This document shows, one piece after another, positions 28,445 to 37,248 of a stretch of DNA of 64,000 bases (position 1 is its first letter; every line of letters begins with the position of its first letter). The position numbers and the translations under genes are program-made. This stretch comes from an uncultured delta proteobacterium (GTDB lineage: Bacteria; Desulfobacterota; Binatia; HRBIN30; BPIQ01): contig CAVXGR010000016.1 in assembly GCA_963761335.1 (NCBI GenBank), positions 320,001-384,000 of the forward strand, given 5' to 3'. The notes beneath the pieces were generated by a model. The model was not told the origin of the DNA. It searched no databases and saw only the letters and a list, made by a program, of their open reading frames with translations.

Positions 28445-29020
28445 ATGGGTCGATTGCTGAACTTCGCGATGTTCTACCTCGGTTGGCTTGCCTGCGTGGT
28501 CGGTGCTGCTCAGGGGCAGCTGTGGCTCGGGCCCGCGATGGTGGCGGTGCTTGTCCTCGTTCACGTTTCGGTGAGCACCAATCGGTCGCAGGAGGCGGCA
28601 CTCATCCTGATGGTCGGCCTGTTCGGCTTCGCTGTCGACACGATGCAGGCGTCCGCGGGTCTCTTTGCGTTCACACGCACCAGCGCCGCGCCGTGGTTGT
28701 GTCCGCCCTGGATGGTGGCGCTCTGGATGCTCTTCGCAACCACGCTGAACAGCTCGATGGCGTGGCTCGCGGGCCGCTATCGCATCGCGGCTGCGCTCGG
28801 CGCACTCTGTGGACCGCTCAGCTACCTCGCGGGCGCGCGGCTCGGCGCCATCGAGCTGTCCGCGAACGCGCTCGTCAGTCTCATCGGCATCGGCGTCGTG
28901 TGGGCTCTGGCGTTGCCGGCGCTCCTGGTGTTCCGCGACGCCCTGAGCAAGCGCACTACGGCCGTGCTCTTCCGCCGCTCAGCCTCCGGCGACGGAAAGC
29001 GTGAGGAGCTGCTTGCATGA
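28445..29020 (+). CDS. DUF2878 family membrane protein
   Basis: LLNFAMFYLGWLACV, PPWMVALWMLFATTLNSSMAWL, LGALCGPLSYLAGARLGA. Confidence 0.88.
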   Translation: MGRLLNFAMFYLGWLACVVGAAQGQLWLGPAMVAVLVLVHVSVSTNRSQEAALILMVGLFGFAVDTMQASAGLFAFTRTSAAPWLCPPWMVALWMLFATTLNSSMAWLAGRYRIAAALGALCGPLSYLAGARLGAIELSANALVSLIGIGVVWALALPALLVFRDALSKRTTAVLFRRSASGDGKREELLA

Positions 29021-29667
29021 AGCGGCGGCGCATTCCGCGGCTTCGCGTCGCAGGGCAGATCCTGAGCGCGCTCTTGATTGCCGCCGCGACAGCACAGCAG
29101 GGCGTCGCGGCGGAGATCGAGGGCGTGCACTTCGCGGATCGGGCTCGCTCCGGCGATGTGACGATGCGGCTGAGCTGCGTTGGGCTCCTCCGTTACAAGC
29201 TGTTCATCAAGGCCTACGTCGCCGCCTTGTACCTGGGGGACGGAGTGGCAGCTGGCGATGTTCTCGCCGACGTTCACAAGCGTCTCGAGCTGAGCTACTT
29301 CTGGAGCATCAGCGGCTCGGATTTCGGGAAAGCGGGCGATGAAATTCTCGCACAGAATGTCGACGCCGAGACAATGGCGGCACTGCGTCCGCGTCTGGAT
29401 CGGATCAACGCCCTGTACCGAGACGTCAAGCCGGGCGATCGTTACTCGCTCACCTACGTTCCCGGAATCGGAACCGAGCTGGCGTTGAACGATCGTCGGA
29501 TCGGCGTGATCGATGGTGCCGACTTTGCTGCGGCCTACTTCCGTATCTGGCTCGGCCAACATCCCATCGACACCCGGCTGCGCGATCAACTCCTCGGCTG
29601 TGCTCGGCGCGGCGGTGAGGAGGTGCACGCCGGCCGCGCATCGGACACGGAACGCGGAGTGCCCTGA
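29017..29667 (+). CDS. Chalcone isomerase-like family protein (secreted)
   Basis: Signal peptide; GLLRYKLFIKAYVAALYL, DVKPGDRYSLTY, DFAAAYFRIWLG..PID..LRDQLLG; ATGA overlap with DUF2878. Confidence 0.88.
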   Translation: MKRRRIPRLRVAGQILSALLIAAATAQQGVAAEIEGVHFADRARSGDVTMRLSCVGLLRYKLFIKAYVAALYLGDGVAAGDVLADVHKRLELSYFWSISGSDFGKAGDEILAQNVDAETMAALRPRLDRINALYRDVKPGDRYSLTYVPGIGTELALNDRRIGVIDGADFAAAYFRIWLGQHPIDTRLRDQLLGCARRGGEEVHAGRASDTERGVP

Positions 29668-29668
29668 T

Positions 29669-29709
29669 CGCCAGCCCGCCCCGGCCCTTTTTACCGGGGC
29701 GGGCTGGCG
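29669..29709. terminator. Perfect 16-bp stem-loop between convergent genes
   Basis: cgccagcccgccccgg-cccttttta-ccggggcgggctggcg; no flanking U-tract, so the function is inferred. Confidence 0.55.
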
Positions 29710-29758
29710 CGGGGCTGAAGCGGCGCTGTCGCCGCTCGTCGAGGCGGGGCAGGGCGCC

Positions 29759-30601
29759 TCAGAGCCGCAGGTCGAAGAACTGCGAGAACAGCTGCCGCAG
29801 GCGCGCTTCGTACGAGTGATGGCGGTCGTAGTGCGCCTTGAGATCGACCTCGTCGTACGGCGGCTGGAGCAGCTGCGGCACGTCTTCGAGTCGCTCGAAC
29901 AGACGGACGTACGTGCCGAAGAGCCGCTCGAGCAGCGGACGCTGGAGCGCGCTGCACACGGGCATGACGCCAGCGCGCCCGAGCTCGAACGAGCGGAAGT
30001 TCGGCAGCCCATCGGCGTACACGGGGAGGTTCAGGCCGAAGGCGAAGTCGCGGATGCGGGCGTCGTACTCCGCCTCATCCAGCGCCTCGGCGCGAAACAG
30101 CTCGGGAACGATCTGCCTGAGCCGAGCGATCTGGCGCTCGCGGCGGGCTTCGCCGAATCCGTACGGGCGACAGATGATGCCGCAACGCGTGCGCCGTTGC
30201 GCCAGCGGTACCAGGTCGTATGGGCCGGCAAACAGGGGCAGGAAGTGATCGCCGGGTTGCATGGCGGCGTCCGGGATCGCCGTCAGATGCACGTCGGAGA
30301 CGTTGACGCGCGCGGTATGACGATAGCTGTCGGTGCTCCAAGTAATGTACTTGGGCCCGGGGACGAGGCCGAAGCGCTCCAGGCGCCGTTCGATGCAGCC
30401 CTCGCAGATGACGATGACGAAATGGGGCCGCAACTCCTCGATGTACGCGCGCAGTGCGCTGTTGGCGATACCGCGGTGCGGCGGCAGCTGGGCGACGCTC
30501 GGGGGTCCGACGGCAGGAGGTACGGTGTGGAACTCCCAGCCGGGAATCGGACGGATCGCCAGACGGCGTGCATCGCCGAGGCTGAGAACCCTACGGATCA
30601 T
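29759..30601 (-). CDS. Glycosyltransferase-like protein (CgeB/Glyco_trans_1_2-like C-terminus)
   Basis: WSTDSY, YDARIRDFAFGLNL..PNFRSFELGRAG, HSYEARLRQL; overlaps the upstream GT4. Confidence 0.6.
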   Translation of the reverse strand: MIRRVLSLGDARRLAIRPIPGWEFHTVPPAVGPPSVAQLPPHRGIANSALRAYIEELRPHFVIVICEGCIERRLERFGLVPGPKYITWSTDSYRHTARVNVSDVHLTAIPDAAMQPGDHFLPLFAGPYDLVPLAQRRTRCGIICRPYGFGEARRERQIARLRQIVPELFRAEALDEAEYDARIRDFAFGLNLPVYADGLPNFRSFELGRAGVMPVCSALQRPLLERLFGTYVRLFERLEDVPQLLQPPYDEVDLKAHYDRHHSYEARLRQLFSQFFDLRL

Positions 30602-31704
30602 GCCGGTGTTTGTGCCCCGAGCCGGCGGTAGAGCGCCTCATAGGTGTCCAGGTGGCGATCCCACGAGAAGCGCTCCGCAACTCGTGCCTGCGCCTGCCTG
30701 CCCATGCGCAGGCGCCGATCGGGATCAGCCAGCAACTCCGAGATCGCACGCGCCAGCGCCGCGGCGTCCCCCGGCGCCACCAGCAAGCCCGTCTCGCCAT
30801 CGGCGACCACCTCCGCCAACCCCTCGACGTCGCTGGCGACGATGGGGCGTCCCTGCTGCGCGGCCTCGAGAGCCACGAGCCCGAACGTCTCCTCGTGCGA
30901 CGGCATGAGGACCAATGTGCTCTGCGCGATCAGTGCTCCGCTGTCGGCGGGCGATACGCGGCCGAGGAAACGCACGCGCTGCCCGACCCCGAGGTCGGCG
31001 GCGACCGCTTCCAGACGACCTCGCTCCGGACCGTCGCCGGCGACGACCATGCGTGCCCTGGGGTATTGGCCCGCCACCACCGCGAACGCCCGCAGGGCGA
31101 GATCGAATCCCTTGGACGACACCAGACGGCCGAGGCAGAGCAGCTGCGGCTCCGCGGCAGCCAGATCCGATGCCGGCGCCGGCGGAACCGCGTGATACAC
31201 CACCGAGCTGCGCGGGCCGAGCTCGGGGACCTGCGCCAGCAGCGAGCGGCGCATCCAGGCGGCGCACGCCGCCACCCAGGTCGCTCGGCGCAGCGTGCGC
31301 CCGCGCAGAGAGTCGGGCGAAAGGTCTCCCCGAAGATGCTGACCGAGCGTGAGCAGCGTCGGCAGCGAGTGGCGGTCCTGCAGCTGGTGGTAGAAGATGC
31401 CGCACGGCCCCATCCAGGTCATGTGCACCAGGTCCGGCGCGAAGCCGTGCACCCGGTCGAGCAATTCATCGCGGATCTGGCGCAGGGCACCGAAGTCGCG
31501 GCTCTCCAGGGCCGGCCGAAACGCAAAGCGGTGCACCGGGACGCCGTCGACCTCCTCCTCCGCGGGAAGCGCATCGCCGAGGTGGCCGGTGATGACCATG
31601 AACTCGAAGCCGCGCCGGCGCAGACCCCGCAGCAGGTTCATGGTGAACAGCTCGCCGCCGCCGACGGACGGCCAGTAGAACTCGGTCCAGGCCAGAACTC
31701 TCAT
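30598..31704 (-). CDS. GT4 family glycosyltransferase
   Basis: FYWPSVGGGE, CLGRLVSSKGFD, AGDGPER, PSHEETFGLVALEAA, EVVADGETG. Confidence 0.92.
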   Translation of the reverse strand: MRVLAWTEFYWPSVGGGELFTMNLLRGLRRRGFEFMVITGHLGDALPAEEEVDGVPVHRFAFRPALESRDFGALRQIRDELLDRVHGFAPDLVHMTWMGPCGIFYHQLQDRHSLPTLLTLGQHLRGDLSPDSLRGRTLRRATWVAACAAWMRRSLLAQVPELGPRSSVVYHAVPPAPASDLAAAEPQLLCLGRLVSSKGFDLALRAFAVVAGQYPRARMVVAGDGPERGRLEAVAADLGVGQRVRFLGRVSPADSGALIAQSTLVLMPSHEETFGLVALEAAQQGRPIVASDVEGLAEVVADGETGLLVAPGDAAALARAISELLADPDRRLRMGRQAQARVAERFSWDRHLDTYEALYRRLGAQTPA

Positions 31705-32714
31705 CCCAGGCGCCCGTGGCTCAGGGCACTGAGCACGACGGCGGGAATGGCGTCGAGGTCGGTGCCGGCAATCAGCCGATAACAGGGTACCCGATCCAGC
31801 AGCGCTGAGAGTGTGTCGAAGCCGCGCCGTGTGGCCAGGCCCTGCGGGTCCATCGCCAGCGCCGTGCTCAGCATGGCGCGCAGTGCCGCGCCGCGGCCCA
31901 TCGGTTCGAGCCTGGAATGTCTGCCCGGGGTGATGCACGGGAGCACGATCGTCCGCACCGTTGCCGCTGCGGCGTTTGCCTGGCCGAGATAGATGAGCTG
32001 CCGGCCGCGCGGGTCTCCGCTGTGCGTCGAGGCCTCGGTCCCGCCGCAGAGGTCTGGCGCGCCGACGAGCAGAGTGCCGAAGGCGCTGCAGCCTCCGAAC
32101 TGCCCATTCTCCTCCCGCATCAGGACGATGCAATCATCGCCGAGCGCGGCCAGGCCGGCCTTGGCACACGCCAAAACCGTCGTCGACTTGCCCGCACGGC
32201 TGCCACCCGCAATCACGATTCCGTCGCCACCGGCAGTCGCGACCATGCCGGCGTGCAGGATCTGGCAGCCGCGGTCGCCGTACCAGATGAGGAGCAGGCG
32301 CGAGAACGGGTAGGCGCGATCGTGGTGTTGCAGGCGAGCGTGGTTGGCGACCGCCACGACCAGGTGGCAAGCGGCGCGATCGTATGCACCCACCCACACG
32401 TCGCTGCCGGCGGCCACCAGACGACCGTCCGCGGTGAAGTCGGCACCCTGGAGGCGAACCGGGGCTGGTATGCCGGTTTCGCTCTCATCCCACACCTCGA
32501 CGCGCAGAGACGTCGCCATCTCCGTAGCGAACGGCGCGACGAGGTGCGCGAGCGCCGGCTCGATGCACCTCGCCAGGCCCCGTCCGACCACGTCAAAGCG
32601 CCCGTGCCAGCGGGCCAGCTTGTAGGCTCGCCGCCACAGCGCCTCCGGGTGCTGCTGGCGCGCCGTCTCGAATGAGGTGCGCAGGGCGTTGAAGTCGTCG
32701 AGGCTGAGGGTCAT
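31701..32714 (-). CDS. HPr kinase-related (P-loop) kinase
   Basis: ILHAGMV (conserved His), Walker A GGSRAGKST, LGDD signature, RVPCYRL; ATGA overlap with the GT4. Confidence 0.8.
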   Translation of the reverse strand: MTLSLDDFNALRTSFETARQQHPEALWRRAYKLARWHGRFDVVGRGLARCIEPALAHLVAPFATEMATSLRVEVWDESETGIPAPVRLQGADFTADGRLVAAGSDVWVGAYDRAACHLVVAVANHARLQHHDRAYPFSRLLLIWYGDRGCQILHAGMVATAGGDGIVIAGGSRAGKSTTVLACAKAGLAALGDDCIVLMREENGQFGGCSAFGTLLVGAPDLCGGTEASTHSGDPRGRQLIYLGQANAAAATVRTIVLPCITPGRHSRLEPMGRGAALRAMLSTALAMDPQGLATRRGFDTLSALLDRVPCYRLIAGTDLDAIPAVVLSALSHGRLG

Positions 32715-32757
32715 GCCGGACCTCTCAGCCCCTGCGGCGAGGCGCGGCGGTGCCGGG

Positions 32758-33225
32758 CTACGTTTTCGTCCACGGCGCGGCGGCGTATTGCGGAAGCGGC
32801 GGATCGAGCGCCAAGAGATCCTCCATGTCGCGGTAGATGACCAAACGCGGCGCCTCGTAGGGGCGCCGTGAGGCGGCGCTTGCGGTGGCGCCAGTGGGCT
32901 CCGAGGCTGAGGACGCGCGCACCATTCCTTCCCGCAAAAGCTGAACGGCAAGCTCGCGCAGGTCGTTCAACGCCTGCGCGGACGCCACCTCGTAGTGCTG
33001 CGCGAGCACCTCGGCGATTTCGCGTAGACTGTGGCGCTTGCCGATAGCTTCCCAGAGGAGGGCGCCCTGAGACTCGATGCTGGCGTACACACCGGTCGTG
33101 AGGTTCATGAAGATGACCTCATCGTCGTACGTCTTGGCGGCCGCCTCGGCCTCGTTCGGCTCGAGCCGGGTGTCATCGGTCACCTCGAAGTCGCCGGGTT
33201 CTTGCCCTCGATTCTCCTTCTCCAT
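32758..33225 (-). CDS. PqqD/RRE family protein with C-terminal extension
   Basis: DDEVIFMNLTTGVYASI..GALLWEAI..IAEVLAQHY..DL..L..EGMV, then YEAPRLVIYRDMEDLLALDP. Confidence 0.82.
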   Translation of the reverse strand: MEKENRGQEPGDFEVTDDTRLEPNEAEAAAKTYDDEVIFMNLTTGVYASIESQGALLWEAIGKRHSLREIAEVLAQHYEVASAQALNDLRELAVQLLREGMVRASSASEPTGATASAASRRPYEAPRLVIYRDMEDLLALDPPLPQYAAAPWTKT

Positions 33226-33347
33226 CCGATTCTCCGCAGTGCCCGCCCGTTGTCAGACGCCCATTCGTAGAGATCGCCACCATACCAGGCCATGGAAAGG
33301 CGGCAACCGTGGAGATGCCAGTACGGGTCCGCTAGACTTCCGGCTGG

Positions 33348-34475
33348 ATGCGGGTGTTGCTGTGGAGTGACTACTTCTGGCCGGCTCTGGGGGGCACGGA
33401 GGTCTTCGCCCTCAACCTGATACGCGCTCTCGGCGAGCGCGGCGTCGAGTTCGAGGTGGTCGCCAACCGAGCGGAAGCCGCGGCCGTTGACGCCGAGCCG
33501 CCCGTGCCGGGCCTCACCGTCCATCGCCTCCCCATACGGGCGGCTCTGGCGCGAGGGGACCTGACGGAAGCGGCGTCGGTGCGGCGATCGCTGACCGCGC
33601 TGTTGGCGCGCTTCCGGCCCGATCTCGTGCATGAGATCTCGCTCGGTCCGGGCGACGTGTTTCTCCACGAGCCCCGCCGGCGTGCGGGGGCGCGGTGTCT
33701 GGTGACCCTCCAGCAACACATTCCGCCTCGGATGCTGCGGGCCGACGGGGTGATCGGCGGCGCGCTTCGCTGCTCCGATTGGATCGCCTCGTGCTCCGCT
33801 GCGGTGCAGGGCGAGCTGCTGCAGTCGGTTCCCGAAGTTGCGGGTCGCTGCTCGGTGATTCACAACGCCTTGCCGGACGATGACCAGGGCCCGCTGCATC
33901 CACCGCCGGCGGCGCCGCGTCTTCTGTGTCTCGGGCGGCTCGTGGAGCAGAAGGGCTTCGACGTGGCGCTGCAGGCCTTCGCCGCGGTGCGGGCCGAGAT
34001 CGACGGGGTGCGGCTCACCATCGCTGGCGACGGACCGCAGCGCGCCGAGCTCGAGGCGGCGGCTCGGCGGCTCGGCATACGATCGCATGTCGATTTTCTC
34101 GGCTGGGTCCACCCGCGCGAGACGGCGGCGTTGATCGACTCCGCGAGCGCCGTGCTGATGCCCTCCCGTTGCGAACCGATGGCCTTCGTCGGGCTCGAGG
34201 CCGCGCTTCGCGCCCGACCTCTGGTCGCCACGCGCGTCGGCGGCATGGCGGAGATCGTCGTCGACGGCGAGACGGGCGTGCTGGTGGGCGTCGACGACGT
34301 GGCGGCGCTCGCCGAGGCCGTGATCCGGCTGTTGCGCAATCCGTCGGCGGCAGCGGATTTCGGACGCCGGGCCCGGGCGCGGGTATCGCGTCTCTACCCC
34401 TGGCGCGCACACCGCGATGCGTACCAGCTGCTCTACAGCCGCTTGTGCGGCTTGCCGCCGCCTGCCCGCAGATGA
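33348..34475 (+). CDS. GT4 family glycosyltransferase
   Basis: YFWPALGGTE, CLGRLVEQKGFD, AGDGPQR, PSRCEPMAFVGLEAA, EIVVDGETG. Confidence 0.92.
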   Translation: MRVLLWSDYFWPALGGTEVFALNLIRALGERGVEFEVVANRAEAAAVDAEPPVPGLTVHRLPIRAALARGDLTEAASVRRSLTALLARFRPDLVHEISLGPGDVFLHEPRRRAGARCLVTLQQHIPPRMLRADGVIGGALRCSDWIASCSAAVQGELLQSVPEVAGRCSVIHNALPDDDQGPLHPPPAAPRLLCLGRLVEQKGFDVALQAFAAVRAEIDGVRLTIAGDGPQRAELEAAARRLGIRSHVDFLGWVHPRETAALIDSASAVLMPSRCEPMAFVGLEAALRARPLVATRVGGMAEIVVDGETGVLVGVDDVAALAEAVIRLLRNPSAAADFGRRARARVSRLYPWRAHRDAYQLLYSRLCGLPPPARR

Positions 34476-35608
34476 CGACGCGCATCCTCTACTGGTCGCA
34501 GCAGTACTGGCCCTCGATCGGCGGCGTCGAGGTGCTCGCCGCTGCCTTCATTCGCGGCATGCGCCGGCGCGGATTCGAATTCACCGTGGTCACCTCGCAC
34601 GGCCATCACCCGCTTCCCGACGCGGAGGTCCACGACGGTGTGGCGATCCGCCGCCTGCCGTTCGCGCGTGCCCTGCAGGAGCGCGATCTGGAGGCAGTCG
34701 TCGGCGCCACGCGTGCTCTGGCCGAGCTCAAGCGCCAGGTGAGGCCGGCGCTGGTGCACCTCCAGCTGTCCGATGCGAGTGCTCTCTTCCACCTGCGCAC
34801 GCATCGCCTTCATCCCGCACCGACACTGGTATCGCTGCAGGTGGCGCCGCCGGAGCGGATGCCCCCCGAATCCTTGCTGGCCGAGCTCCTGTGTTCCGCG
34901 AGCTGGATCACAGCCCCCTCGCGCGCCGTGGCCGGAGACATTGCGGGGTTGCTTCCGTCGGTGCAGTCGCGGATCTCGGTGATTCATCCCGCCCTCGAGC
35001 CCGCGGGACTGGAGCCGACGGCGCTGCCACTCGCTCCGGCCACCTTGCTCTGCCTCGGGCGGCTGGTCGGCGACAAGGGGTTCGACGTGGCGCTCGAAGC
35101 GCTGCCGAGCATTCTCGTGGAGTTCCCCGACACGCGCCTGGTGATCGCCGGCGACGGCGCGGCGCGCCGCGAGTTCGAACGGCAGGCGGCGCGGCTCGGG
35201 ATCGAGGCGGCCGTTGAGTTCACCGGCTGGGTTGCCCCGGACGCCGTCCCGGCGCTGATCAACCGCGCCACCGTGGTTCTGGTGCCGTCGCGCTGGCGGG
35301 AGGCCTTCGGGATCGTCGCCCTGCAGGCGGCGCAGATGGGCCGCCCGGTGGTCTGCACGGATACCGGTGGGCTGCCCGAGGTCGTCGATCACGAGCGCAC
35401 CGGGCTCATCGTTCCGGTCGAGGACCCCGAGGCCCTGGCGGCGGCCACCACGACGCTGCTCCGCCGGCCGCAGGTGGCGGGGCGTCTCGGCGCGCAGGCG
35501 CGCCGCCAGGCCGGCACCCGCTTTCGCTGGGACAGGCAGCTCGACGACTACGAGGCGCTGTACCGGCGCCTCACGAGCGGCTCCGGCGCCGATCCAGGGA
35601 TCTCTTGA
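34472..35608 (+). CDS. GT4 family glycosyltransferase
   Basis: QYWPSIGGVE, CLGRLVGDKGFD, PSRWREAFGIVALQAA, GGLPEVVDHERTG; ATGA overlap. Confidence 0.92.
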   Translation: MTTRILYWSQQYWPSIGGVEVLAAAFIRGMRRRGFEFTVVTSHGHHPLPDAEVHDGVAIRRLPFARALQERDLEAVVGATRALAELKRQVRPALVHLQLSDASALFHLRTHRLHPAPTLVSLQVAPPERMPPESLLAELLCSASWITAPSRAVAGDIAGLLPSVQSRISVIHPALEPAGLEPTALPLAPATLLCLGRLVGDKGFDVALEALPSILVEFPDTRLVIAGDGAARREFERQAARLGIEAAVEFTGWVAPDAVPALINRATVVLVPSRWREAFGIVALQAAQMGRPVVCTDTGGLPEVVDHERTGLIVPVEDPEALAAATTTLLRRPQVAGRLGAQARRQAGTRFRWDRQLDDYEALYRRLTSGSGADPGIS

Positions 35609-36266
35609 TCACGTCGAGAAACTCTTCGCGGCTGGCGGCCGGGCGCCGGCGTGTCAGATTTGCTCGGTGCATGCTGTGGTAGGTCAGGACATCGGGGAGC
35701 ATCTCGATACGGGCTCCCAGCTCGGCGGCGCGGATGAACCAGTCGGTGGCGTCGGCGAACCACAAGCGGCCGTCGAACTCGCCGACGCGCTCGAACAGGG
35801 CGCGGCGCGCCAGCATGGTCGTCGTGGCGTAGCCCGGGACGATCGCGGCGCGCGGGTGATCGCGATAGAGCTCCGCCTCTCCGGAGAGCTCGTCGCTCCA
35901 CACCAGCTGCGCGTAGCTGAGACAGGCGTCGATCTCGGGGACAGCCGCGAAGCGCGCCTGCTGTCGGGCCAGCTTCTCGGGGTGCCAGCGGTCATCGGCG
36001 TCGAGAAAGGCGACGAACTCACCGCGCGCAGCGCGCCTGCCGAGATTGCGAGTCGCCGCGGGGCCCGCCGTCGTCTGCTCGACGATCTCGACCGGTTGCG
36101 GAAAGGCGCGGACGATCGCCAGCGTCGCGTCGCCGGAGCCGTCGTCGGCGACGATCACCTGCAAGGGGCGGTAGGTCTGTGCGAAGATGCTCTGCAGCGC
36201 CCGGCGCACGTAGGCGGCACTGTTGAATGCCGGGACGACGCAGCTGATCAGCGGTGATTTGGACAT
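35571..36266 (-). CDS. GT2 (family A) glycosyltransferase
   Basis: ISCVVPAFN, IVADDGSGD, GPAATRNLG, FLDADDRW (DxD). Confidence 0.92.
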   Translation of the reverse strand: MSKSPLISCVVPAFNSAAYVRRALQSIFAQTYRPLQVIVADDGSGDATLAIVRAFPQPVEIVEQTTAGPAATRNLGRRAARGEFVAFLDADDRWHPEKLARQQARFAAVPEIDACLSYAQLVWSDELSGEAELYRDHPRAAIVPGYATTTMLARRALFERVGEFDGRLWFADATDWFIRAAELGARIEMLPDVLTYHSMHRANLTRRRPAASREEFLDVIKRSLDRRRSRS

Positions 36267-36400
36267 GGGCTCGAGCTCACGGGCCGGTGAAAGTGGTTGG
36301 CGCCGGCTCTGAACCCGTATACCCGAGCCGCCGCCGCGGATCATCCGCACCTTCTGCCGACGGGTATTGTGCTATGACCGAGACCGAGGGAGGACGGCCC

Positions 36401-37240
36401 ATGCGCTTTGGACTCTTCGGCATCAACTTCGGTCCGTGTGCGGACCCGGCGACGGCGATTCGGGTGGCGCAGGCGGCCGAGGCGGCGGGGCTCGACTCGC
36501 TGTGGACCGGCGAGCACGTCGTCCTACCCGACCCGCAGGTGCCGCCGTCGCCCTTGCCGGCCTCGGTTCCCATGCTCGATCCCGCTGTGGCCCTCGCCTT
36601 CGTGGCGGCGGCGACCGAGCGCCTCCGGCTCGGCACCGGGATCATCATTCTGCCGCAGCGCAACCCGTTGATCCTGGCCAAGGAGCTGGCCAGTGTCGAT
36701 GTGGTCTCGCGCGGGCGTCTGATCGCCGGCTTCGGCGCCGGCTACCTCAAGCCGGAGTTCGACGCCGTCGGCGCGCCCTACGAGGGCCGCGGGGCGCGCA
36801 CCGACGAGTACATCGAGGCGATGCGCGCCCTGTGGACCATGGACAAGCCCAGCTACAGCGGCCGCTTCGTCTCCTTCTCCGGCGTCGACGCCCACCCGCG
36901 CCCGCTGCAGAAGCCGCATCCGCCGATCGTCATCGGCGGCCACACCCCGCCTGCCTACCGGCGCGCCGTGCGCCGCGGCAACGGCTGGTACGGATTCGCC
37001 CTGCCCCCCGAGGTCGCCGCGACCTGCCTCCAGGGAATTGCCGCTGTCGCCCGCGAGTGCGAGCGCCCGCCGGCGCTGGGCCCGCTCGAGATCAGCGTTA
37101 CGCCACGCGCCAAGCCGAGCGCCGACAACATGAAGCGCTACGAAGACCTCGGCGTCCACCGCCTCGTTTGGACGACGTCCGCGACCTCGGCCGACGACCT
37201 GCTGCGTCTGATCGATGCCGTCGCCGGCCTGGCTCACTGA
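36401..37240 (+). CDS. LLM class (probably F420-dependent) oxidoreductase
   Basis: AEAAGLDSLWTGEHVV, LDPAVALAFVAAATERLRLGTG, LAKELASVDVVSRGRL, PLQKPHPPIVIGG. Confidence 0.9.
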   Translation: MRFGLFGINFGPCADPATAIRVAQAAEAAGLDSLWTGEHVVLPDPQVPPSPLPASVPMLDPAVALAFVAAATERLRLGTGIIILPQRNPLILAKELASVDVVSRGRLIAGFGAGYLKPEFDAVGAPYEGRGARTDEYIEAMRALWTMDKPSYSGRFVSFSGVDAHPRPLQKPHPPIVIGGHTPPAYRRAVRRGNGWYGFALPPEVAATCLQGIAAVARECERPPALGPLEISVTPRAKPSADNMKRYEDLGVHRLVWTTSATSADDLLRLIDAVAGLAH

Positions 37241-37248
37241 CCCACCGC

